50,417 bases of DNA, taken from Verrucomicrobiota bacterium (GTDB taxonomy: Bacteria > Verrucomicrobiota > Verrucomicrobiia > Chthoniobacterales > JAFAMB01). Positions 1-10,704 of this stretch are shown here, in pieces (position 1 is the first letter of the stretch; each line of letters opens with the position of its first letter). The notes under the pieces were generated by a model. That model was given only the letters and a program-made list of their open reading frames with translations, was not told the origin of the DNA and made no database searches. Location of the stretch: NCBI GenBank assembly GCA_019246215.1, contig JAFAQT010000033.1:1-50417 (forward strand), read 5' to 3'. Made by a program: the position numbers and the translations under genes.

Positions 1-142
1 TCAGATCCGCGAAATCCTGAACAACGGCAGGCTTATTAGCCCGCCTCCACCGATCTCGCCTGCAAATCGAGACGATCGCCCTCCAGAGACAACTCGGCCC
101 CAGCCGGAAGGGGTAGGCGGTCTGACTGAGGCTCCGGCCTAG
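1..142 (+). CDS. Partial CDS (3' end), probably the C-terminus of ATP-dependent zinc metalloprotease FtsH
   Basis: Frame from base 2 reads QIREILNNGRLISPPPPISPANRDDRPPETTRPQPEGVGGLTEAPA*, with stop TAG at 140-142. The 'QIREIL..G' segment plus Pro-rich tail resembles FtsH C-termini. Confidence 0.4.
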   Translation, partial: QIREILNNGRLISPPPPISPANRDDRPPETTRPQPEGVGGLTEAPA

Positions 143-438
143 GGGCGAAACTAGGCAGAAGTCGAAACGGTAGTCGACTAGTCCATTTACGGCTCGAAGG
201 TCTCAGGCTGGTGTTGCGCGTCAGCGTTGGAAGCGCCGGATCAGTCGGTCGAAAGAAGCCGTTGAACTCTTCGGCCAAAAGTCAGCGCTATTTCCTGTGT
301 AGCCGGAGAGCCATCTCTGCCGCGTCGCCAAGTTGCAACGCGCGCCGGTTAGCTGATCGATCTTTGCGAATCTTGTGGTTGACGGTGAATAGCCATCCGA
401 GATTTATTGGCTCTGTCTTTCAAAACTTAAATCTCTGA

Positions 439-1488
<1,050 letters not shown>

Positions 1489-1501
1489 CTGGGCGGAAAA
1501 T

Positions 1502-2710
1502 ATGGTGAAACTATCAGTTCGCGACCTTGAGGTAAAAGGTCGGCGCGTGCTGCTTCGTGTCGACTTCAATGTTCCCACCGAGGAAATTGGTGGGAAGATC
1601 CGGGTTACGGATGACACCCGAATTCGTGAGAGCCTTCCCACGATCGAATTGTTACGGGAAAAAGGAGCGAAGGTGGTCCTGCTGGCGCATTTTGGCCGCC
1701 CCAAGGGGCAATCCAATCTTAAGTACTCTCTCAGACCGGTGGCGGACCATTTGGCTCAGATGATTCCGCCGCCTGTGAAGTTCAGCCCGGAGGTGATTGG
1801 AACCGGCGCGGAAGCGGCCTCGAAGGCGTTGCCGGATGGGGGCGTGCTGCTCGTGGAGAACGTGCGCTTCTTCAAGGAGGAGGAGGCGAATGACGACGGA
1901 TTTGCGCAAGAGCTCGCGAAATTGGGGGATGTTTACGTCAATGATGCTTTCGGCGCGGCTCATCGCGCACATGCAAGCACGGCTGGAGTTGCCAAGTATC
2001 TGCCGCAGGCAGCCATGGGCCTGTTGATGGAGCGCGAGCTTGAGTACCTGCATGAGGATTTGGCAAATCCTAGTCGGCCGTTCTTGGTGATTTTGGGCGG
2101 GTCCAAGGTCTCCGACAAAATCGACGTGATCAAATCGCTCCTGGCCAAGGCGGACGTGTTCTTAATTGGAGGGGCGATGGCGCATACGTTTTTTAAGGCT
2201 AAGGGTATTCCAACCGGCGCCAGTCGTGTCGAACTGGACAAGGTTCATCTGGCGGAAGAGCTACTGACGCTGGCGAAAGAAAAGGGAATTAAATTCCTGG
2301 TGCCAATCGATAGTATTGAAGCCCAGGAGCTTAAGGCGGGGGCAAACAGTCGGAATACGCCATTGCTCTCGCCCTCCAAAGGCATTAGCGACGGGTGGCA
2401 AGCCGTCGATATCGGCCGGGAGACTATTGCTTTGTACAAGACCGAAATCGTACCGGCAAAGACGATCGTCTGGAACGGCCCGGTGGGCGTTTTTGAAATT
2501 CCTGATTTTGCAAATGGTACCCGAGAAATAGCAGCTGCTCTGGCTGAATCCGATGCCAAGACAATCATCGGTGGCGGAGATTCCGTGACTGCCGTAAAAC
2601 TATTTGGGTATGCCGATAAGATGACGTTCATTTCCACGGGAGGTGGCGCCTCGCTCGAGCTTTTGGAGGGTAAGGAGCTGCCCGGGATCGTCGCGCTCAC
2701 GGATAAGTAA
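1502..2710 (+). CDS. pgk: Phosphoglycerate kinase
   Basis: RVDFNVP, YVNDAFGAAHRAHAS, GGGDS, STGGGASLE. Confidence 0.98.
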   Translation: MVKLSVRDLEVKGRRVLLRVDFNVPTEEIGGKIRVTDDTRIRESLPTIELLREKGAKVVLLAHFGRPKGQSNLKYSLRPVADHLAQMIPPPVKFSPEVIGTGAEAASKALPDGGVLLVENVRFFKEEEANDDGFAQELAKLGDVYVNDAFGAAHRAHASTAGVAKYLPQAAMGLLMERELEYLHEDLANPSRPFLVILGGSKVSDKIDVIKSLLAKADVFLIGGAMAHTFFKAKGIPTGASRVELDKVHLAEELLTLAKEKGIKFLVPIDSIEAQELKAGANSRNTPLLSPSKGISDGWQAVDIGRETIALYKTEIVPAKTIVWNGPVGVFEIPDFANGTREIAAALAESDAKTIIGGGDSVTAVKLFGYADKMTFISTGGGASLELLEGKELPGIVALTDK

Positions 2711-2711
2711 A

Positions 2712-3482
2712 ATGCGGAAGAAAATTCTGGCGGCGAACTGGAAGATGAACCTCACGCATACTGAGGCGGAAGCCTACTTCGTTACCTTTCTTTCCGAGAT
2801 CGGACAGGTCAACGATCTCGAAGTGGTGATCATCCCTCCCTTTACTGCCATCTCTGCATTAGTGACGGCTTCCGAGAAGATACCAGCCATTCGTATCGGA
2901 GCGCAAAATATGCACTGGGAGAAAAGCGGTGCGTTTACCGGTGAAGTGAGCGCGGCAATGCTTCGGGCGCATTATGTCAAATATGTCCTCGTTGGACATA
3001 GCGAGCGACGGATGATGTTCGGAGAAACAGATGAGATCGTGAACCGTAAGGTGGGAGCTGCACTGCATGCCGGTCTACGCCCAATTCTTTGTCTTGGCGA
3101 AACGCTTCAAGAAAGGGATGGCGGCCGGGTAGAGGAGGTATTGCGGAGACAGTTGGGCAAGGGCTTAGAGGGCCTGGCTCCGAGGGATCTGCCCGAAATT
3201 GTGATTGCCTATGAACCATGCTGGGCCATCGGAACAGGGAGATCCGCCACGCCGGCCGAAGCAGAACAGTCGCACGCGCTTATTCGCGCGATTCTTTCTG
3301 AGCTGTTTGGGAAGCCGACTGCAGACCGGGTCCGAATTCAATACGGCGGAAGCGTGAGGCCCGAGAACGCAGAAGATTTGATGCGCCAGAAAAACATTGA
3401 TGGCGCTCTGGTAGGCGGAGCAAGCCTGGATCCTCGAAGCTTTGCCCGTATAATTTGGCGCACCGAAGCAGCCCTCACCTAG
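2712..3482 (+). CDS. tpiA: Triosephosphate isomerase
   Basis: ATG at 2712, 1 nt after the pgk stop. Motifs ANWKMN, GHSERR, AYEPxWAIGTG, YGGSV, GALVGGASL. Confidence 0.97.
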   Translation: MRKKILAANWKMNLTHTEAEAYFVTFLSEIGQVNDLEVVIIPPFTAISALVTASEKIPAIRIGAQNMHWEKSGAFTGEVSAAMLRAHYVKYVLVGHSERRMMFGETDEIVNRKVGAALHAGLRPILCLGETLQERDGGRVEEVLRRQLGKGLEGLAPRDLPEIVIAYEPCWAIGTGRSATPAEAEQSHALIRAILSELFGKPTADRVRIQYGGSVRPENAEDLMRQKNIDGALVGGASLDPRSFARIIWRTEAALT

Positions 3483-3485
3483 CCT

Positions 3486-3766
3486 AGTGCACTCTATCAC
3501 TGATATCAGAAGCGCGGTTGAGCCGCCGCGGGTCCAGTGGCAAGGCGCGCGGGGAGCATAGCTTGAGTATTAGTTAGGTTCGGTGACCGACGAGCAACTT
3601 AACCAATGGGCCCGCGCCGGCTCAGCCCTTCGGGCCGGAGCACTTTTCGGCCCATGCTGAGTCGCCCAGTCGTCACGTATCACATCGGATACGCTCCTCC
3701 TCCGAATCCTTGCCTAAGACGAGAATTGCTGTGCCCGCGCTTCCGATATTAGTGATCCAGTGCTCT
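3486..3766. repeat. Palindromic MITE/REP-like element, copy 1 (~280 bp)
   Basis: Terminal inverted repeats 3489-3517 and 3735-3763 match at 25/29. Internal degenerate inverted units. Shares motifs with 48269-48480. Confidence 0.75.
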
Positions 3767-3917
3767 CAAAGAGCGAAGGAAAGCCAAGCGGGGGCCAATT
3801 CCGAAAGGCAGAGATTAAGCCAGGTTTGATTGCGGTAAATGGGTTCCAAGCAACAGGTTCACAGGCTGTTGGTATGTTAGTTATAGGGAAAGTTTAATGA
3901 GAGAGAATGAAACCTGC

Positions 3918-4222
3918 TTACTCCTGGAAGAACTCGCGCCAGGTGAACTTGGCCGCGACCCGGAATGCTGCGTTGGTGTTCGCACGCGTGAATATAGACG
4001 GATCGGGGTGAAATGATTTGCGTGTGCGGGCAAGCCGATCCCGATAATGATTTCGAGCCCGAGATCCTGTGCGCAATTCGGCACGAGGTTAGCAGTTATC
4101 GAACGTCGAATAGACGATGTCCATTGCTTCAAAGCCCATTGCGTTGGCTTTGTCCAGAAGCGAGAGGTCGCGTTTCGATAAAGGTGCTCGCAAAAAAGGA
4201 GGGAGTGAATGCCGTATTTCAT
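3918..4222 (-). pseudogene. Decayed remnant of a ketose 3-epimerase/sugar phosphate isomerase family gene
   Basis: Fragments in different frames: MKYGIHSLLF..., DLSLLDKANAMGFEAMDI..., AQDLGLEIIIGIGLPAHAN. These match the N-terminus of the DTE/DPE family; the catalytic core is absent. Confidence 0.6.
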
Positions 4223-4852
4223 AGTCGTGATTTAGTGAGGAGTACGAGGGGAATCGCGGACCGGCTCCAGGGGTCAGGGTGACCCTGCGATGGTGCTGAA
4301 GCTCACGCCGCGGGTGAGAAATCGTTGGAAGGAGTCTTAGAGGTGGAAATAGCAAGGCAAATAGAATCAAGGGCAAGAAAACTAACTTCTGTTTATTGCG
4401 AAAGATTTTTGATGCTGGCGCGAACCTTATACCTTGCTTTTAATCCTCGCGTCCAGTGGTCCTCCGATCTCCTAATGGGGAAAATCTAGTAGTCACAAGG
4501 CCTACTCCCTTCTGCTGATGATTCCCAATCTGCGCTTATATCAATCATCATCTGCGACTAACCCGCGTTTTGCCAACTCGGAAGCGCTCATTTGCCCGGC
4601 AGTCATGACCGATTAACTCCTGAATCACCGCCTGCGGAATGCCGCCTTATTTTGCCCCTTGGGCGGCTTCGTCATCTCCTTCTAGACAGCGGTTTTGCAC
4701 GCTGGCGAAACATTCCGTACGAAGTTGTTGCCGTCGTCAGCGGTTCCCTTTGGCGCGCTCCAAAAGGCGGCGGAAGGGAATTCTTTGACGAATACACCAA
4801 AGCTGGCTATCGGTTATCGGAACGCATTCGAGGCGCGATCTAAGGAGCGGAA

Positions 4853-5701
4853 ATGAAGTTCGGAGCGAGCACTTTTATTTGGGTCTCTCCTTTTTCCAAC
4901 GCCACTCTCGATTTGGCGGACAAGGTCCGCCAGATGGGTTTTGATATTTTGGAGATCTGTATAGAAGATCCCCAAACCATTGACCCAAAAGGCATTCTCA
5001 AAAGGTTAGAGAAGACAGGCGTCGAAGCACTCATCTGCGGCGCGTTTGGGCCGGATCGCGATGCAAGTTCTGACGATCCTGCAGTACGCGCTCAAGCCTT
5101 GGACTACCTCAAGAAATGCATCGATTTTGCAAGAGAGCTTAAGTCGCCGGTCGTTGCAGGCCCGATGTACTCAGCGGTGGGTAAGACCCGCCTGCTTTCC
5201 AAAGATGAAAGACAGAAGCAATCGCAGTTGGCTGTCGATAGCTTGCGCAAAGCCGGTGACTACGCTGGTGAGCACGGCGTTAAACTTGCTATCGAACCTT
5301 TGAACCGGTTCGAAACAGATTTTATCAATACTGTTGAGCAAGGGTTGGAGCTACTGGACCAGATCGCTAACCGAAACGTTGGTTTGCTGCTCGACACCTT
5401 TCACATGAACATTGAAGAGAAAAATGTAGCGACGGCCATTCGCCGTGCCGGCTCCAAAATTTTCCATTTTCACACCTGCGAAAATGATCGCGGTACCCCC
5501 GGGACTGGCCATGTGGAATGGAGCTTGGTTCGAGACGCGTTGGAAGATGTCGGTTACCAGGGACCGGTTGTAATCGAAGCCTTTAACAGTGAGATAAAAG
5601 AAATTGCGAGAGCCGTCGCGCTGTGGCGCCCATTGGCCTCAAGTCCCGATGCACTGGCCGCCGAGGGGCTTTGCTTTCTCAGGAACCTCTTCTCACGATA
5701 A
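4853..5701 (+). CDS. D-tagatose/D-psicose 3-epimerase family sugar epimerase (AP_endonuc_2 TIM barrel)
   Basis: SD AAGGAG. Metal/catalytic motifs AIEPLNRFE, LLDTFHMNIEE, HxCENDRGxPG, VIEAF. Confidence 0.88.
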   Translation: MKFGASTFIWVSPFSNATLDLADKVRQMGFDILEICIEDPQTIDPKGILKRLEKTGVEALICGAFGPDRDASSDDPAVRAQALDYLKKCIDFARELKSPVVAGPMYSAVGKTRLLSKDERQKQSQLAVDSLRKAGDYAGEHGVKLAIEPLNRFETDFINTVEQGLELLDQIANRNVGLLLDTFHMNIEEKNVATAIRRAGSKIFHFHTCENDRGTPGTGHVEWSLVRDALEDVGYQGPVVIEAFNSEIKEIARAVALWRPLASSPDALAAEGLCFLRNLFSR

Positions 5702-5939
5702 TCCTTGCCCCGGCGAGTAATGTCTCAAATCCCAGAACTGCGCAACGCCACAGAAACCTTTCCGTGCGCTGAGCCCTTAACAAGGTACAGTCGCATCTTC
5801 TCGGGTAAGATTCAGTGCCTCATCGGGATACGTGCGGTGGAAATCCAAACTGATCAAAACTCTTGCAGGCCAGTACACGGTGGACAGGCAGTCGCGTTCA
5901 TCGGAAAGAGCTGCTCTCGAAATTAGGGGCACGAAACTG

Positions 5940-6800
5940 ATGGATACCAGGGTAGCGATCCTTATCCTTAATGGGCTGACCCAGGCAGCAATTTTCTTTG
6001 TGCTCGGTAGCGGCTTGACATTGGCCTTTGGGCTAATGCGCGTGATTAATCTCAGCCACGGCGCTTTTTATTTGTTAGGTGGTTATATTGGATACTCGGT
6101 CGTTCATGCCACAGGCAACTGGCCTCTTGCCTTGGTCGCAGGTGGCCTCTCCATTGCACTGTTTGGTTTCTTATTCGAAAGGACTATGCTCTTCCGCGTC
6201 AGAGGCGGCGACCTGCCGCAGACGCTGCTTACGATCGCGCTTTCCATGATCATTGCCGACGTTTCGCTGGCTATCTGGGGTGGCCACCCGCTCACTTTGA
6301 ATGTTCCCGCCTACCTGAATCCCCGAGTGACGATTTTGGGCATCACCTACCCCGGTTTCCGGTACATCCTGATGGGGATAGGCGTCTTCATCGCGCTTTC
6401 GCTTTGGCTGATCCTTTACAAGACAAAGCTAGGCGCTGCGGTGCGGGCTGGTGTGGACGACCGCGAGACTGTGAGCGCTCTAGGCGTGAATATCGACGCG
6501 ATTTACAGTCTGGTTTTCGCGCTTTCGGCGCTCCTGGTAGGTCTTGCGGGCGTGCTTGGGGGCTCCTATTTACAGCTAAGTCCAGGCAGTGATACGACGA
6601 TCTTGACCTATTCGCTAGTTATCATAATTCTCGGAGGAATGGGTAGCCTGCTCGGCACGATTGTGAGTTCCCTTATCTTAGGACAGCTCCTTTCTTTTGG
6701 CCTTGCGTATGCTCCTCAATATTCCTATTTCCTGATCTTTGTTCCAATGGCTATTGTGCTCGCAATTCGCCCTCAGGGGCTATTCGGGACAGAAGTATGA
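5940..6800 (+). CDS. Branched-chain amino acid (Liv/HAAT)-type ABC transporter permease, LivH-like
   Basis: GLTLAFGLMRVINLSHGAFY, TKLGAAVRA, IILGGMGS, RPQGLFG. Confidence 0.9.
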   Translation: MDTRVAILILNGLTQAAIFFVLGSGLTLAFGLMRVINLSHGAFYLLGGYIGYSVVHATGNWPLALVAGGLSIALFGFLFERTMLFRVRGGDLPQTLLTIALSMIIADVSLAIWGGHPLTLNVPAYLNPRVTILGITYPGFRYILMGIGVFIALSLWLILYKTKLGAAVRAGVDDRETVSALGVNIDAIYSLVFALSALLVGLAGVLGGSYLQLSPGSDTTILTYSLVIIILGGMGSLLGTIVSSLILGQLLSFGLAYAPQYSYFLIFVPMAIVLAIRPQGLFGTEV

Positions 6801-7789
6801 TCCTCTGGAAGGATCGGAGGCAGCTCGTTCTCGAAGCTATCGCAGGCGGCTTATTGATCCTGTTGCCATTTTATGCCGGCGAATACACCGTCACCACTTT
6901 TGTCCGGATCATTTATTTTGGTTTTCTTGCGTTGAGCGTCGGTATGCTTATTGGTCAGGCGGGGATGATCAGTCTGACCCAGACGGCTTTCTTTGGCCTG
7001 GCGGGCTACGTCATCGGATTGCTCGGGGCTGAGCGTGATATGCCCTTTCCGTGGCGTGATCTGGTTGCGATTGGAGCCGTACTGGTCATGGCGCTCACCT
7101 TCGGCCTAATCGCCATGAGAACCCACAAGATTGTTTTCTTGATGATCACCCTGGCGTTCGGGCAGATCTGCTGGGCCTTTGCTCAACAAAACACCAGTCT
7201 CCTGCATGGCTGGGCCGGTATCCGCGGGATTCGGCCACCCACGATCGGCGGAATCAATTTCAATCAGACATCGAATTTTTACTGGGCCTCGCTGCTTATT
7301 TTTGCCCTCGGAATTTTCGTCCTCTGGCTCCTGGCAAAATCCCCCTTTGGCCTGGCGCTTAACGGCATTCGAGAAAACCCGCGACGGATGGCGGCCCTGG
7401 GATACCCGGTGTACTGGATTCGAGTCGTAGCATTTCTTATCGCGGCAGTGTATGCAGGGGTTGGCGGGATACTGGCGACCTACAACACTGGCATTATCAC
7501 GCCTACCACGATTCACTTGAGCCGAACGATTTGGGTGCTGCTGATGGTGATCCTTGGCGGAGCAACTTACTTCTGGGGGCCGGTGGTGGGAACGGCCATT
7601 GCCGTATGGCTGGATGTCCTGATCAGCCAGGGCACCGTACGCTACAATACAGTCATTGGAGTAATCTTTGTGATGATCGTTCTCTTTCTCCCGGAAGGGG
7701 TTTTGAGCATTGCCGATTCCCTGGGCGAGGGAGGGAGCCTTTCGCCGTTGCGCAGACTACTCGACCGGAAAATTGCTGATAAACGATGA
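6797..7789 (+). CDS. HAAT-type ABC transporter permease, LivM-like
   Basis: GQAGMISL, SPFGLALNGIRENPRRMAALG, ILGG..FWGPVVG, LPEGV. Overlaps the upstream gene by 4 nt. Confidence 0.9.
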   Translation: MILWKDRRQLVLEAIAGGLLILLPFYAGEYTVTTFVRIIYFGFLALSVGMLIGQAGMISLTQTAFFGLAGYVIGLLGAERDMPFPWRDLVAIGAVLVMALTFGLIAMRTHKIVFLMITLAFGQICWAFAQQNTSLLHGWAGIRGIRPPTIGGINFNQTSNFYWASLLIFALGIFVLWLLAKSPFGLALNGIRENPRRMAALGYPVYWIRVVAFLIAAVYAGVGGILATYNTGIITPTTIHLSRTIWVLLMVILGGATYFWGPVVGTAIAVWLDVLISQGTVRYNTVIGVIFVMIVLFLPEGVLSIADSLGEGGSLSPLRRLLDRKIADKR

Positions 7790-7866
7790 AAAAAAGATCG
7801 GATTAAAGAATAGCTCCTGCTACTTTCGCAACTCCCCCCAACATTCTTCCGAAAATGGAAAAGACG

Positions 7867-9168
7867 ATGCTCAAGAAACTCTTTGTATTGCTCGCGGTGC
7901 TCATCGCCGGAAATACCGATGTTCGATCCGCCGAAAAAGAAGTTAAAGTCGGCTTCATCAGCGCCTTCACTGGGGTATTTTCCTCTTTCGGTCAACAGCA
8001 GAAAGAGGGTGCGGTCCTCGCGCTGGAAGAGGCCAACTACACCGCCGGTGGAGCTAAGATCAGTCTGATCTATGAAGATGACCAACTCGACAACGAGCAG
8101 GCCGTCACTAAAGCCAAAAAATTGGTCGTTCAGGACAAGATTGAGATCCTGACCGGCCTTGTCTCCGGTGATGAAGGTCTCTCAGTCGGCGACTACATGA
8201 AGGATAAAAACATTCCGGTCATTCCCATGTATTCAGCTTCCGAAGACATGACCATGCGGGCGTTTTATCCAATGATTGTGCGGGCGACCTGGACCGGAGC
8301 CCAGTCCATGGATGTGTTCGGCTATTGGCTTTCCAAGGTCAAGGGCTGGAAAAAGATCTACGCCATCGGCCAGGATTACTCTTACCCGTACAACCAGGGC
8401 GGTGGTTTCAAGCGCGGCTTTTTTCGTGGCGGCGGCGAGGAAGTCAAGACCGTGTGGCACCCAGTAGGAACGACTTCCGATTTCTCCTCAATCATCGCTT
8501 CCATCCCAACGGATCAAGGTTATAACGCCGTCCTCTACAATGGCGCAGGTGGCGACGCGGTGAACTTCGTCAAGCAGTATGTGGAGCTGGGCATGGGTCA
8601 GAAGATTCCGCTCATCGGCCAATCCAACACTTTTGAAAAGCCGGATGTGGAGTCCATGCCCGCCGACATTGTCGGCGCGCTCTCGGCGCATCATACTGCG
8701 GATGACCTGGCGACGCTTGCCTGGACGAAATTCAAGGAGGCCTACCATAAGCGCTGGAGCCATGATCCTTCTGCCGCCTCTGAGTTTGCCTACTCTTCTA
8801 TGCGCCTCATCCTTCGCGGGATCGAAATGCAGAAAGGTGATATTTCGGATAAGCCAGCTCTGATTAAGGCGATGACCCAAGTTGACATGTCCGATGATCC
8901 GCGTGGTCCGGTGGCGCTGGACCCTAAATACCACTCAGCCATCGAAAATGTTTACATCCGGGAGGTCGCACAGGACGGAAACGGTCAGCTCTACAACAAA
9001 GGCCTCTGGACGGTGAAGAATGTCGGCCAGTTTGGTCCCTACGATCCGGAACTTTACCTGAAGCAGCCTTCAGATAGTGGAAGCTATCCGCCCGATACGC
9101 GGTCCGCTTTTCCTCCTGAGACGTTAAAAGCCACGACCGAGTACCAGTACATCCCGTTCGGACAGTAA
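7867..9168 (+). CDS. HAAT-type ABC transporter substrate-binding protein
   Basis: Signal peptide MLKKLFVLLAVLIAG, VKVGFISAFTG...G, EDDQ, PRGPVALD. Periplasmic binding protein type 1 pattern. Confidence 0.88.
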   Translation: MLKKLFVLLAVLIAGNTDVRSAEKEVKVGFISAFTGVFSSFGQQQKEGAVLALEEANYTAGGAKISLIYEDDQLDNEQAVTKAKKLVVQDKIEILTGLVSGDEGLSVGDYMKDKNIPVIPMYSASEDMTMRAFYPMIVRATWTGAQSMDVFGYWLSKVKGWKKIYAIGQDYSYPYNQGGGFKRGFFRGGGEEVKTVWHPVGTTSDFSSIIASIPTDQGYNAVLYNGAGGDAVNFVKQYVELGMGQKIPLIGQSNTFEKPDVESMPADIVGALSAHHTADDLATLAWTKFKEAYHKRWSHDPSAASEFAYSSMRLILRGIEMQKGDISDKPALIKAMTQVDMSDDPRGPVALDPKYHSAIENVYIREVAQDGNGQLYNKGLWTVKNVGQFGPYDPELYLKQPSDSGSYPPDTRSAFPPETLKATTEYQYIPFGQ

Positions 9169-9212
9169 GCTCCGATTTTTCCGTGACAATACGAGATTGA
9201 AAGGGTGAAGCC

Positions 9213-9974
9213 ACGGAAAAGCCCGATCAGTTTGCTCTGGTGGCCACGTCGCTCTCAAGGAACTTTGGGGGAGTTCAGGCGGTGCGGTCGGCAGATCTAA
9301 AGGTGCCCGTGGGGGAACGGCGCGCTCTGATTGGGCCGAATGGTGCCGGTAAAACGACCCTGTTCAATATAATCACCGGTGAATTGGCCCCCGATGCGGG
9401 TAAGATCGAGATTTTCGGCATAGATATTACCAAGAAAACAGTTCAGGAACGGGCCAAACTGGGCCTGGGGCGCACTTACCAGATTTCCCAGCTGTTCCTG
9501 AATCTTACTGTGGAGGAAAACCTGTTTCTGGCCGCCGCCGCTGATCAAGGAATGGAATTTCACTTCCTGAGCTCCTGGCGGGTCCGTTCCAAGCTTATTC
9601 AGTGGGCTCACCGGTCCGCTGAGCAGGTCAATTTGACCCCCTATCTCAGCCAACGCGTTTCTGAACTGTCCCACGGCTTACAGCGCCAGCTTGAGGTCGG
9701 CATGGCAATCGCCATGAGGCCGCGCTTGATCATGCTGGACGAGCCAGCCGCCGGTCTTTCTCCCTCCGAACGGCTCATCTTAGCTGGTCTTATCAAGGGT
9801 TTATCGCGCGAGGTCACCTTAATCCTGATCGAACATGACATGGAAATGGTGTTGGGCATTGCTGATTGGATCACGGTCTTACAACGTGGTTCGGTGATTG
9901 CGGAGGGTGTCCCCTCCGAAATCAGGACCAACCAAAAGGTGCAAGACGTTTATCTAGGGACCATTTACGCCTAA
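9213..9974 (+). CDS. ABC transporter ATP-binding protein, LivG-like (start ACG 9213 or GTG 9240)
   Basis: Walker A GPNGAGKT, LSHGLQR signature, MLDEPAAG, IEHDM. Confidence 0.92.
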   Translation, partial: TEKPDQFALVATSLSRNFGGVQAVRSADLKVPVGERRALIGPNGAGKTTLFNIITGELAPDAGKIEIFGIDITKKTVQERAKLGLGRTYQISQLFLNLTVEENLFLAAAADQGMEFHFLSSWRVRSKLIQWAHRSAEQVNLTPYLSQRVSELSHGLQRQLEVGMAIAMRPRLIMLDEPAAGLSPSERLILAGLIKGLSREVTLILIEHDMEMVLGIADWITVLQRGSVIAEGVPSEIRTNQKVQDVYLGTIYA

Positions 9975-10692
9975 GATTACAACCACTTCTCCAACCAGGT
10001 TGGTAGTCACCAACCTACATGCCTACTACGGCAAGAGTCATGTCCTGCAAGGATGCAACCTAACCGTCGAACAGGGATGCGTGGCGGTTCTCGGCCGAAA
10101 CGGTATGGGGAAAACCACTCTGCTGCGCTCCATTATGGGTCTGACTCCGCCGCGATCTGGTGATATCCGGTGGCGGGGCCAGGAAATCACCGGCAAGAAA
10201 CCGTTCGTTATTTCCAGCATGGGCATCGGTTATGTACCACAAGGACGGCGCCTTTTTCCTTCGCTATCGGTCGAGGAGCACCTGATGCTCACCTTTCGCC
10301 GCACAGGGTCAGCCGACGCCTGGACACCGCAGCGGGTGTACGACCTTTTTCCTGAACTGGCTAATCGTCGCAATCTCCGCGGTACACGCCTGAGCGGCGG
10401 TGAGCAGCAGATGCTCGCCATCGGTCGGGCCCTGGTCACCAACCCCTTCCTGATTTTGTTGGATGAACCGTCGGAAGGCCTGGCTCCGGTGGTGATCGAG
10501 CGTATGGTCGAGATTTGTCGTGAGCTGCGAAAAGCTGGCATCTCCATCTTGTTGGTGGAACAAAATATTCATGTGGCTGCGGCTCTCGCGGAACGAATCT
10601 ACATCCTTGTCAGTGGTATGACCGTATACGAATCTGCCGCACTGATCTTTTTGAAAGACCTCGAATTGCGTCAAAAATATCTGGGAGTCTAG
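9967..10692 (+). CDS. ABC transporter ATP-binding protein, LivF-like (start ACG 9967 or TTG 10000)
   Basis: GRNGMGKT, LSGGEQQM, LLDEPSEG, LVEQN. Confidence 0.92.
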   Translation, partial: TPKITTTSPTRLVVTNLHAYYGKSHVLQGCNLTVEQGCVAVLGRNGMGKTTLLRSIMGLTPPRSGDIRWRGQEITGKKPFVISSMGIGYVPQGRRLFPSLSVEEHLMLTFRRTGSADAWTPQRVYDLFPELANRRNLRGTRLSGGEQQMLAIGRALVTNPFLILLDEPSEGLAPVVIERMVEICRELRKAGISILLVEQNIHVAAALAERIYILVSGMTVYESAALIFLKDLELRQKYLGV

Positions 10693-10704
10693 GAGAGTGG
10701 CAAT

